Shown here one piece after another: positions 36,347 through 45,179 of a DNA stretch of 59,491 nucleotides. Under the pieces are notes generated by a model, which worked only from the letters and a program-made list of their open reading frames with translations, ran no database searches and was not told where the DNA came from. The DNA is from an uncultured Gammaproteobacteria bacterium. Its GTDB lineage: Bacteria; Patescibacteriota; Microgenomatia; Levybacterales; GWA1-39-11. Numbering within the stretch: position 1 is the stretch's first letter; each line of letters starts with the position of its first letter. A program made the translations under genes and the position numbers. Location of the stretch: positions 1-59,491 of the forward strand of contig CAZVGS010000007.1 in the NCBI GenBank assembly GCA_964627245.1. Direction: 5' to 3'.

Positions 36347-37243
36347 ATGAGCATTATTCATCCGTCAGAAGTTGCTATAGTAGGAATAACTTTTACCCCT
36401 AAATGGTATAAAGGAAGCCTTAGGAGCATTAAGCACACGGATAAAATTAGGGGGGATCTTCAGCTCTATGCTTCAAAATTTGCAGCAGGGATAGGATACA
36501 AGGTGGTCATAGTTGACGGCGGAAGTGCAAAAACATTTGTTAAAGAGTTAAAAAGCATTGGCGGTGTTAAAGTGCTTCAAGCAAAGATTCCAAAAAGATC
36601 ACCAAATAGGCGCCGTGCAATTTTCGAAGCATCAAAAATTGAAGGTGTAAAGACGATTGTCATGACTGAGCTTGAAAAAACGTCTATTATTACCGACTGT
36701 ATTGAGGAAATTGTGAGTCCTATCATCAAAGATGAGGCAGACCTTGTAGTTCCTAAAAGAGAGCAGTCCCATTTCAAAAAGACGGTTCCAGATTATATGT
36801 ATGAATCTGAAATGGAGGGCAATCTTCTTTATTGCGAGGCTCTTAGATCCCATGGATTCCTCTCTTCTCATCAAGACGATCTGGATGTTTTCTTTGGTGT
36901 AAGGGTTTTTAAGAACGACAGAAAGATGCTGAAAATGTTATTGTCACGCTACGAAACAAATCCCTTCAATTCACTTCTTGAGCATAGACTTTTTGACGTG
37001 GAGGAGTACTCTAATGCTCAGTTTTTTCCTGTTGTAAGAGCTTTGCAGCAGAAAAAAAGAGTGGTGTCCGTTACTATTCCTTTTGAATACCCAAAAACTC
37101 AAATGGAGAATGAAATTCGCGGAGAGAAGGATTTTTTTATACTTAAGAGACGTTTTCAAAGAATGACAATTTTGGTTGAGCTAATGCACTTTTTAGGATA
37201 TCTTGAGGGTATTAAAACAAGGAAAATAAGAAAGGAAGTATAG
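36347..37243 (+). CDS. Hypothetical cytoplasmic protein; possibly a divergent GT-A-like fold
   Basis: 298 aa, no TM. The order VAIVGITF, VVIVDGGS, IVMTELEK, DLVVPKRE mimics GT-A strand order but has no canonical DxD. Confidence 0.35.
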   Translation: MSIIHPSEVAIVGITFTPKWYKGSLRSIKHTDKIRGDLQLYASKFAAGIGYKVVIVDGGSAKTFVKELKSIGGVKVLQAKIPKRSPNRRRAIFEASKIEGVKTIVMTELEKTSIITDCIEEIVSPIIKDEADLVVPKREQSHFKKTVPDYMYESEMEGNLLYCEALRSHGFLSSHQDDLDVFFGVRVFKNDRKMLKMLLSRYETNPFNSLLEHRLFDVEEYSNAQFFPVVRALQQKKRVVSVTIPFEYPKTQMENEIRGEKDFFILKRRFQRMTILVELMHFLGYLEGIKTRKIRKEV

Positions 37244-37810
37244 ATGAAAATTGGAATTGACATAAGCCAGCTTGCATACAGAAATACTGGAGTTGCGAAT
37301 TACTTGAAAAATTTGCTTCAAGAATTAGTTAAAAGTGAGCACGAATTTGTTTTGTTTTATTCCTCTCTAAGACAGCCTGTGCCCCAAAGTGTTTTGGATA
37401 TCTCTAAAAAAGAGAATGTGAAATTGGTTAAAAAAAGGTTCCCGAATTCATTACTCAATCTTTTATGGAACGATCTTCACAAAATTCCCATAGAGTCATT
37501 TATTGGAGATGTTGATCTTTTTATAACTTCAGACTGGTCCGAGCCTCCAACAAAAAAAGCAAAAAAAGCAACGATAATTTATGACTTGATTGTTTATAAA
37601 TATCCTGAAGAAACTCATAACAAAACTAGTGTAAAATTATCGGATTTAACACTTTCTTCTAATATTGTAAATATCCAAAAGAAGAAATTATTCTGGGTTA
37701 AAGATGAGTGCAGTATAGTATTTTGCATCTCGGAGTCTACTAAAAAAGATGTTGTTGAAATTCTTGGTATTTCTGAAGACAGGGTTAAGGTTATATACCC
37801 GGGTTGTTAG
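37244..37810 (+). pseudogene. Truncated GT4 glycosyltransferase (N-terminal Rossmann domain only)
   Basis: 188 aa. The N-terminus MKIGIDISQLAYRNTGVANYLKNLL parallels the intact GT4 genes at 39404 and 48692. It stops at ...RVKVIYPGC*, where the others continue (KIEVIYEGFDP...). The E-x7-E donor domain is absent. Confidence 0.55.
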
Positions 37811-39323
37811 GCTGAGCATATTTGTTCCTATCTATTTTGCCCCACTTGTCTTGATCAATTTCCTTAATCTTTTCATTTAAGATGAGTATGCAGTTCTTAG
37901 TGCCCTCTTTATCAAGCTGCGTGTATTTTGTTAGAAGGACTTCATAAACTTTATCATTATTTTTCTGCGCGTCATATAAGCACATTCCATAGTAAAAATC
38001 CGGCGGGTTTGTTAAAAACATGTGTTTTCTTGCATCACTGTAAATGCTAATTTTGGGCATGTAAGAAGTGTACCAGTGATATTTATAATTGCTCTTAAGT
38101 TTGGCCTCCCAGACAATCAGTTCATCATAGCCGTCGACAAATAGAGTGTCGTTGACATTGGACAGGTTTCTTATTGTAGTGCCCGCACCCATAATCCCTG
38201 CGTAATTTGTAAAAAACTCTTCATGAGTTTTGACTTCGTCGTACAGAAAATAGTTTCTGTTTGTTATGCCGTATACTAAAGTCAACAAGAAGAATGTTGC
38301 TATTATTCCGCCGGTAAATTTTGATTTTTGAAATATCAAGGCAATAAGAACTGCGGTAATAAAAATTAGCATTCCAAACCAAGGGGCGATGTGAAAAGTT
38401 TCGTAAAAGGATTGAGATGCTTTTGGGGGTCTAAGATTGACTACAAATAATGTAAAAACTATAAGCAAAAGACCTTTAAGCGTTTTGTGATACACAGCAT
38501 AAAGCAGTAATGAAGTTAAAAATATTATTGAAAGTGTAAAAGTTATACTTCTAAAAAAAGTGAAAGACTCAGGCGATCCGATAACATATATAGGATAGAA
38601 GAAAGACAAACCAAGATCCCATATATAACCTGCTCTGGTTGAGGCTTCAATTACAAGCTGATTTATCGTTACAAGATTGAGGTAATAAGCACGAATATCT
38701 ATTGACGTTGCAAAAAGCATAATGGGAGTAATAAGAAGTAAAATAGGTACGATAACATTGTTTTTTTTGCTTTTGAAAAGTAAGTAAATGTAAATCCCAA
38801 ACAGGAGTAATGAAGCAGGAATTAAGGGTTCTCGTAGCAAAATTACTGATAAGCAAAGAAACGGAACAGCAATAAGGTCTTTTTTGAGGAATTTTTTGTT
38901 CAGCGCTTGAAAGCAAACTCCAAGTAAATAAACAAGAAGATACACAGAAATACCTTCTGCCAAGAACCTATCGCCAAAGACATAAAACTTAAAAGTTTCA
39001 AAAACTAATGAAAACAAAAGTATTGGATATCCAAATCTGACGTATAAAATCACTGTTGAGATTAGAGAAAACACAATCACAAACTGCCTGTGTCTTAAGA
39101 TAAGTTCAGGTATGGATTGCGGACTGGCAACAATTTGTATAAATGCGCTTATGTAAGCCATTCCCGGCTGGTGGTTGAAAAAGAAATCCGAGTAAATCTT
39201 GTTACCAAGGGTAAGGAAATATCCACCCATAATATTGAAGCAATCATCAAAACATCCGAATGCATTTATCCGAGGAATATAAATTTTGTAAATGATTACA
39301 AAAAAAACGATCAAAAAAACCAA
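37791..39323 (-). CDS. Polytopic membrane protein, GT-C-like (the only minus-strand gene)
   Basis: 510 aa from TTG 39323. First loop FGCFDDCFNIMGGYFLTLGNKIYSDFFFNHQPG (acidic DD motif). About 11 TM helices and a ~130-aa soluble C-terminus. Its 3' end overlaps the GT4 fragment by 20 nt. Confidence 0.5.
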   Translation of the reverse strand: MVFLIVFFVIIYKIYIPRINAFGCFDDCFNIMGGYFLTLGNKIYSDFFFNHQPGMAYISAFIQIVASPQSIPELILRHRQFVIVFSLISTVILYVRFGYPILLFSLVFETFKFYVFGDRFLAEGISVYLLVYLLGVCFQALNKKFLKKDLIAVPFLCLSVILLREPLIPASLLLFGIYIYLLFKSKKNNVIVPILLLITPIMLFATSIDIRAYYLNLVTINQLVIEASTRAGYIWDLGLSFFYPIYVIGSPESFTFFRSITFTLSIIFLTSLLLYAVYHKTLKGLLLIVFTLFVVNLRPPKASQSFYETFHIAPWFGMLIFITAVLIALIFQKSKFTGGIIATFFLLTLVYGITNRNYFLYDEVKTHEEFFTNYAGIMGAGTTIRNLSNVNDTLFVDGYDELIVWEAKLKSNYKYHWYTSYMPKISIYSDARKHMFLTNPPDFYYGMCLYDAQKNNDKVYEVLLTKYTQLDKEGTKNCILILNEKIKEIDQDKWGKIDRNKYAQPNNPGI

Positions 39324-39403
39324 TCCAAGTATGCGGAATTTCTTATTTTTAATGTAGCTTAGTGTTTTAGTTATATGCTAAATATTGTATCATCAAAGAA
39401 GTT

Positions 39404-40513
39404 ATGATCATCGGTGTTGACGCTAATGAGGCAAATGTTGAAAGCAGAGTCGGAATCTCAGAGTACGCCTACCAAATTCTACTAAAGTTTTATGAATTCC
39501 GTGAAAAAGGAAAAATCGATCATGTATTTATTATTTACCTAAAATCAAAGCCAATTGGTCTGCCAAGCGAAAAGGAATGGTGGAAATACAAAATTGTAAA
39601 ACCTTCCAAACTATGGACCCAGATTGGCCTTCCGGTAAGTCTTCTCATAGGCAAAAAACCCGACGTTTTCCTGACTCTTACTCACTATGCACCCCGTTTT
39701 TCTCCTGTTCCAACAATTGTTTCGGTAATGGATTTATCATTTCTTCACTTTCCTGATACATTTAAGAAAAAGGATCTTTATCAGCTTACAAAGTGGACTA
39801 AATATTCTGTTAATAATGCTAAAAGAGTTATTACAATTAGCAGAAGCAGTAAAAATGATATAATTAAAAACTACGGGGTAGAAGAAAGCAAGGTAGATGT
39901 TGTCAATCTTGGACTAAAGGAAATTATTATGAATTCATCTCACACATCCCTGAAAGAATTTGGAATTGACAAAAAGTTTATACTTTTTGTTGGTACGCTT
40001 CAGCCCCGAAAAAACATCGTCGGGCTCATCAAGGCTTTTGCAATTTTACCCCAAAACCTTAAGAACGAACACAAGCTTGTTATTGTAGGCAAAAAGGGCT
40101 GGTTGTACGAAGATATTTTGAAGGCTCCCTCCATGTATGTAGTTGAGGATAATACTGTTTTCTTGGATTATATTAAGGACGAAGATTTGCCGAATTTTTA
40201 CAAGAATGCAGAAGTATTCGTTCTGCCAAGTTTGTATGAAGGCTTTGGGCTTCCGATTTTGGAAGCTATGCGTTATGGCTGTCCGGTAATAACGAGTAAT
40301 GTCTCAAGTATGCCGGAGGCTGGAGGGGATGCCGCTTTGTATTTTGACCCGGCAGATATTGAAGATATTAAAGAAAAGATTGAGAAAGTATTGACTGATA
40401 ATGATTTAAGGCAAAAAATGATAGAAAAAGGAAAAGAACACTACAAAAAATTTACTTGGGAAAAAGCAGCAAAGCAAGTGCTTGCAAGTGTTGAAAAAGC
40501 TGTAAATAGTTAA
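39404..40513 (+). CDS. Glycosyltransferase family 4
   Basis: 369 aa. Signature YEGFGLPILEAMRYGCPVITSNVSSMPEAGGDAALYFDP. Confidence 0.85.
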   Translation: MIIGVDANEANVESRVGISEYAYQILLKFYEFREKGKIDHVFIIYLKSKPIGLPSEKEWWKYKIVKPSKLWTQIGLPVSLLIGKKPDVFLTLTHYAPRFSPVPTIVSVMDLSFLHFPDTFKKKDLYQLTKWTKYSVNNAKRVITISRSSKNDIIKNYGVEESKVDVVNLGLKEIIMNSSHTSLKEFGIDKKFILFVGTLQPRKNIVGLIKAFAILPQNLKNEHKLVIVGKKGWLYEDILKAPSMYVVEDNTVFLDYIKDEDLPNFYKNAEVFVLPSLYEGFGLPILEAMRYGCPVITSNVSSMPEAGGDAALYFDPADIEDIKEKIEKVLTDNDLRQKMIEKGKEHYKKFTWEKAAKQVLASVEKAVNS

Positions 40514-40514
40514 T

Positions 40515-41120
40515 ATGCAGGATAAAACAGGCAAAGAACTATCGTCAAAAGAAATAAGCCGGAAAGCTGCTTTCAGATTGAAGACAGTTTTACTTGAATT
40601 GTGGGTTTTTAATCTTCATGTCATAGGTTTTGTTCCCTTTCACCATGTGAGAAGGTTTTTTTACAGAATTTCCGGTGTCAAGATAGGAAGGGGATCAACT
40701 CTTCATATGGGAACCAGATTTTATAACCCATCCAATATTTCTATTGGAAGCGACACAATTGTCGGAGAATTTGCGGTTCTTGACGGACGTGACAAGCTCA
40801 TAATAGGAGATCATGTGGATATAGCTTCGGAGGTGATGATTTATAATTCTCAGCACGATATCAACACTGAGAAGTTTGCGACAGTTGAGGATACTGTAAA
40901 AGAGAGAGTTGAAATAGGAGATTATGTTTTTGTCGGACCAAGGGCAATAATTCTTCCAGGGGTAAAGATAGGGAGGGGCGCTGTTATTGCGGCCGGGGCG
41001 GTGGTTACCAAGGATGTAGAAGAGCTGTCAATTGTAGCCGGAGTGCCGGCCAGGGAAATCGGTAAAAGAAATAGTGAAAATTTGACCTATAAACTTGGAA
41101 GGGCGGCTTGGTTTAGGTAA
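40515..41120 (+). CDS. Hexapeptide-repeat (left-handed beta-helix) O-acetyltransferase, WcaF/MAT-like
   Basis: 201 aa. Motif IGDYVFVGPRAIILPGVKIGRGAVIAAGAVVTKDV...VAGVPAREI. Confidence 0.8.
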   Translation: MQDKTGKELSSKEISRKAAFRLKTVLLELWVFNLHVIGFVPFHHVRRFFYRISGVKIGRGSTLHMGTRFYNPSNISIGSDTIVGEFAVLDGRDKLIIGDHVDIASEVMIYNSQHDINTEKFATVEDTVKERVEIGDYVFVGPRAIILPGVKIGRGAVIAAGAVVTKDVEELSIVAGVPAREIGKRNSENLTYKLGRAAWFR

Positions 41121-41121
41121 T

Positions 41122-41988
41122 ATGCCCATTTCAATACTAATTCTTACATTTAATTCATCCAAATACATCAAGGAACTTCTCGATTCTATTTATAAAATAC
41201 TTGACAACGAGATAACTAGCAAGGAAATTGAGATCATTCTTTTTGATAATGCATCAACGGATAGTACGATTGATCTTGTAACTAAATTTGGAAGAAATAT
41301 TGTTATTAAGAAATCAGATAAAAATTTAGGATATGCAAAAGGGATAAATAAAGCAGCAAAGGAAGCCAAGGGAGAACTTCTTATAGTCATCAATCCTGAT
41401 TCAAAAATCGTTGATTTTGACAAGGAAAAAATAATTTCCGAATTCACTGTTAATAAAAAGCTTGCGATAGCTGGCTTGCGCGTTGAAGGTTTTGACGGGG
41501 TGAAAGAAAAAACGGCAGGTAAATTTTTCAATCCCTTTTCATTTCTCTTGTATGCTTTTGGGCTTGAAGGTATTATTGGTACAAGATTTTCTCCGCGAAA
41601 GGCAAGTTTGGTTGATTTTGTAAGCGGAGGATTTGTTGTTTTTAGAAAAGAATATTTTGATATCCTTCAAGGTTATGATGAGGACTACTTTATGTATGTT
41701 GAGGATATGGATATCTGTTACCGCGCAAAACAACTTGGATACAAGACCGCCTTTTTACCTTATGGCACAATTTATCATAAAGGCCAGGGAAGCTCCGATA
41801 GAGGGTTTGCTATAGCAAACATTTATAAAGGACTTAGGATTTTTTATAAGAAGCATCAGCCGTCTCAACTGCAGTACATAAAAAACTTGCTAGTTATCAA
41901 AGCACAACTTATAATTTTTTTAGGCGGTTTAACCGGCAGGAGAGATCTTTCGGCAAGCTATAAAAAAGCCCTATTAGAGTTAAAATGA
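41122..41988 (+). CDS. Glycosyltransferase family 2 (rhamnosyltransferase-like)
   Basis: ATG 41122 (MPISILILTFNSSKYI); the ORF opens at 41095. Motifs: IILFDNASTDST, VINPDS, YFMYVEDMDICYRAKQLGY. Confidence 0.85.
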   Translation: MPISILILTFNSSKYIKELLDSIYKILDNEITSKEIEIILFDNASTDSTIDLVTKFGRNIVIKKSDKNLGYAKGINKAAKEAKGELLIVINPDSKIVDFDKEKIISEFTVNKKLAIAGLRVEGFDGVKEKTAGKFFNPFSFLLYAFGLEGIIGTRFSPRKASLVDFVSGGFVVFRKEYFDILQGYDEDYFMYVEDMDICYRAKQLGYKTAFLPYGTIYHKGQGSSDRGFAIANIYKGLRIFYKKHQPSQLQYIKNLLVIKAQLIIFLGGLTGRRDLSASYKKALLELK

Positions 41989-44900
41989 AATTTTTCAAAA
42001 AAATATTTGGGAATAGTATGGGAATAGTTGTTCTTTTCCTTTTGGTTTTTATTCCTCTTTATCCAAAGCTGCCTCTTATTGATATAAAAAATACTTGGGT
42101 TTATATAAGAGCTGAGGATTTTGTCGTCTTTTTTACATTGGTAACGTGGATGTTTCTTCTTTTAAGAAAGAAGGTTAGCCTCAAAACGCCTCTCACCATT
42201 CCGATACTGGCTTTTTGGATAATCGGAGCGATTGCAACAATCCACGGAGTTGTTATTATTTTTCCGACCATAGCAGACGTTTTTCCGAACGTAGCACTTC
42301 TTTCATACCTTAGACACATCGAATATCTAAGTTTATTTTTTGTTGCCTACAGTGTTGTTAAAAGTAAAAAGTATGTTCTGGCGGCAATTTGGACGACCGT
42401 TGTAACTCTTTTGGGAGTAATTACCTATGGTTTTGGGCAGAAATATCTTTCATTTCCGGCATACCTCACCATGAATGAGGAGTATGCCAAGGGTATACCC
42501 ATTATCATCTCTCCGCTAAATAGAGTTTCCTCAACATTTGCTGGTCATTACGATCTAGCTGCTTATCTTGTGCTTATAATACCCATTTTAGTCAGCCTTG
42601 CATTCGGATTCAAAAATATCTTTATTAAGGCCTTTATGATATTCGCCTCAATATTGGGAATTTTGCTTCTTTTGATGACAGTTTCAAGGGTTTCCTTTTT
42701 CGTTTTATTTATTGCTCTTTTCTTTGTTATTCTTTTTCAAAAGAGAAAATGGTTGTTGTATTCTATTCCGGTAGTTGCCATTTTAGCCGGTATTTTTTTC
42801 TATAGTCAGTCTTCACTTCTATCTAGATTTGGTAATACAGTCGAACAAGTAGAAGTACTAGTTGATGCAAAAAGCGGTGCGTCTTTAGGGCAGGTTAAAT
42901 TTCAGCCGAGGTCGTATCTTTTTGACAAGAATGTAGTAAATGAAGAGAAGCTTAAAGATGAAAAAGAACTCATAACGCCAAAGCAGATCCAAGCAGCACA
43001 AGCTGAAGGCATCCCTTTGCATCTTGCAGGATTACCTTTACCACAGCAAGTGCCTGTTGTTGAGGCAGAGATCACATCAACAGGTGAAACTCTACCGCAG
43101 GGAAGCAGTTATATAAACTTATCCTTGTCACCGGTTACTCAAAGGTTAAATAACTATTTTTATGAATTACCTCTTGAAGAATCATCAACTTCAGCCACTG
43201 TAAAGATTATTCCAGGCGATTTCTTGGTAAAGAGGGCGTCTGCCTATGATCTATCTTTTACAACTAGGTTTCAGGGTGAATGGCCAAACGCAATCGCGGC
43301 TTTTGAAAGGAATTTACTCCTGGGAAGCGGTTACGGGTCGGTAAGCTTGGCCGTTGATAATAACTATTTTAGAATGCTTGGTGAAACAGGATTACTCGGA
43401 ACACTTTCATTTTTAATAATATTTATAACTGTTGGAGCTTATATGAAGGTAGTTCTTCCGGCAGTTGAATCTAAAGTAATAAAAAGTTTTGCTTTGGGAT
43501 TTGCTGCAGGCGCAATTGGGCTTGCCCTAAATGCGACTTTGATAGATGTTTTTGAAGCTTCAAAAGTTGCTTTCGTACTTTGGATGCTTGCGGGAATTGT
43601 TGTAGGGTCGCTGAGCTTGTATCAGACAAAAAACTTCAGAATTTACAGTGAAATTGGAAAAGTGCTGGTTTCTCCATATGCCGTTTCAATATATCTATTG
43701 CTGTTGACCGTAGCGATATACATAACAAGCATTAGCACATATTTTATAGGTGATGATTTTACATGGTTTAGATGGGCTCAAAAATGCGATCCAAATACTT
43801 GTTCTATTCCCAATACTATTTTGAATTATTTCGTAAATTCCGATGGCTTTTTCTACCGTCCGGGAACAAAAACTTATTTCCTTTTGATGTATCCGTTCTT
43901 TTGGTTAAATCAGGTTGTATATCATATAGTATCTATTATTTTGCATTACCTAGTCGTAGTTCTGCTTTACATTCTTGCAAGAAAAATATTCTCAAACGGC
44001 CTCCTCTCTGCTTCTTCAGCTTTTGCATTTCTTATAATAAGCGGTTATCTTGAGATTGTTTTATGGATTTCGGGCACTGGTCATTTACTGAACGCAATAT
44101 TTATTGTGCTAAGCCTTCTGTCATTTATTCAATGGTATGAATCTAAAAAAGCTGTATATTTTTTCGGAAGCCTTTTCTCTGCCCTTTTATCATTAATGTT
44201 CCACGAACTTGGGATAGTTACACCGTTCCTTGCGGTTTCTTATGTAATATTTAAGTCTGATCTTGGCTTTAGGCCAATTCTTAAAGCAGCGCTTAACAAA
44301 TCACACATTTTACTTTTTGTACCGCTAGTAATTTATCTGATTGTGAGACTATTTTCCCATACTTTCTGGTTTTCGGGAGACTATAGTTACAATCTTGTTA
44401 AATTTCCCCTGAACGCTGCAGGCAATCTTTTTGGATACTTATTGATAACAATTTTTGGCCCTCTGTCGTATCAGTTTTATGAAAGTATTAGGGGAGTATC
44501 CCGCACAAATATTCCGATTTCATTGCTGGGTGTTGCCGTGCTAGGGTTAATACTGTATTTCTTAGGCAGAGCATTTTTGATAAGGTTAAGTATTGAGGAG
44601 AAGAAGATTACTCTTTTTGCGCTCCTATTCTTTGTGTTTTCACTTATTCCATTCTTGGGTTTAGGTAATATCTCATTTCGATATTCATATATAGCAAGTT
44701 TTGGAGTAATTATTATTGGTGTCCTTTTGGTTAACAAGTTATTCATTAACTTAAAATCATCAGGCAGAGACATTGCATTTGGTGTTACTACGGCGCTTAT
44801 CTCGATATTTTGCCTAGTTCATATTGTCCAGGCACAGCAAGTTATAATTGATTGGCGCAGCGCTGGAGAAAAGGTTGAAAGATTTTTAATATCTTTAGAC

Positions 44901-45179
44901 TCTTTATATCAAGATTCATGGTCCAACAGAAATACGGACTTATACTTTGCTAAAGTTCCTATTAAAAACAATAGCGCTTGGGTTTTACCTGTTGGTCTTG
45001 AAGACGCTGTTTGGTTTGCATTTAAGAACGAAAACATTCGCGTGCATCAAATAGAGAGCGTGGAGGAGGTAGGATACGAAACCTTAAATGCTAAAGATAA
45101 ATGGGTATTTGAGTTTCAATCTGACGGGAGTCTTAAAGAAATAAATAGCGAGGATCTTAAAGAAAATGAATATAACTAG
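41985..45179 (+). CDS. 1064-aa fusion: O-antigen ligase/polymerase-like (Wzy_C-type) N-terminal half plus GT-C-like polytopic C-terminal half
   Basis: The N-terminal half is multi-TM with a ~170-aa external loop, followed by LLGSGYGSVSLAVDNNYFRMLGETGLLG (Wzy_C-like). The C-terminal half starts with YFIGDDFTWFRWAQ...FFYRPG, then about 11 TM helices and a soluble tail. Confidence 0.6.
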   Translation: MKFFKKIFGNSMGIVVLFLLVFIPLYPKLPLIDIKNTWVYIRAEDFVVFFTLVTWMFLLLRKKVSLKTPLTIPILAFWIIGAIATIHGVVIIFPTIADVFPNVALLSYLRHIEYLSLFFVAYSVVKSKKYVLAAIWTTVVTLLGVITYGFGQKYLSFPAYLTMNEEYAKGIPIIISPLNRVSSTFAGHYDLAAYLVLIIPILVSLAFGFKNIFIKAFMIFASILGILLLLMTVSRVSFFVLFIALFFVILFQKRKWLLYSIPVVAILAGIFFYSQSSLLSRFGNTVEQVEVLVDAKSGASLGQVKFQPRSYLFDKNVVNEEKLKDEKELITPKQIQAAQAEGIPLHLAGLPLPQQVPVVEAEITSTGETLPQGSSYINLSLSPVTQRLNNYFYELPLEESSTSATVKIIPGDFLVKRASAYDLSFTTRFQGEWPNAIAAFERNLLLGSGYGSVSLAVDNNYFRMLGETGLLGTLSFLIIFITVGAYMKVVLPAVESKVIKSFALGFAAGAIGLALNATLIDVFEASKVAFVLWMLAGIVVGSLSLYQTKNFRIYSEIGKVLVSPYAVSIYLLLLTVAIYITSISTYFIGDDFTWFRWAQKCDPNTCSIPNTILNYFVNSDGFFYRPGTKTYFLLMYPFFWLNQVVYHIVSIILHYLVVVLLYILARKIFSNGLLSASSAFAFLIISGYLEIVLWISGTGHLLNAIFIVLSLLSFIQWYESKKAVYFFGSLFSALLSLMFHELGIVTPFLAVSYVIFKSDLGFRPILKAALNKSHILLFVPLVIYLIVRLFSHTFWFSGDYSYNLVKFPLNAAGNLFGYLLITIFGPLSYQFYESIRGVSRTNIPISLLGVAVLGLILYFLGRAFLIRLSIEEKKITLFALLFFVFSLIPFLGLGNISFRYSYIASFGVIIIGVLLVNKLFINLKSSGRDIAFGVTTALISIFCLVHIVQAQQVIIDWRSAGEKVERFLISLDSLYQDSWSNRNTDLYFAKVPIKNNSAWVLPVGLEDAVWFAFKNENIRVHQIESVEEVGYETLNAKDKWVFEFQSDGSLKEINSEDLKENEYN

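Noticed and set aside
36190-36402. 70-aa alternative-frame ORF overlapping the small membrane protein gene and the start of the gene at 36347
   Set aside because: The 36125 frame is ATGA-coupled to the upstream gene and encodes clean TM helices. The 36190 frame has Cys/His/Ser-rich composition with no start context.
37811-39403. Terminal inverted repeats or a transposase that would mark the minus-strand gene as a mobile insertion
   Set aside because: The only match found is a 7-nt inverted match (agcatat at 37815-37821 with atatgct at 39373-39379), which is not significant in AT-rich DNA. No transposase or integrase ORF is present.
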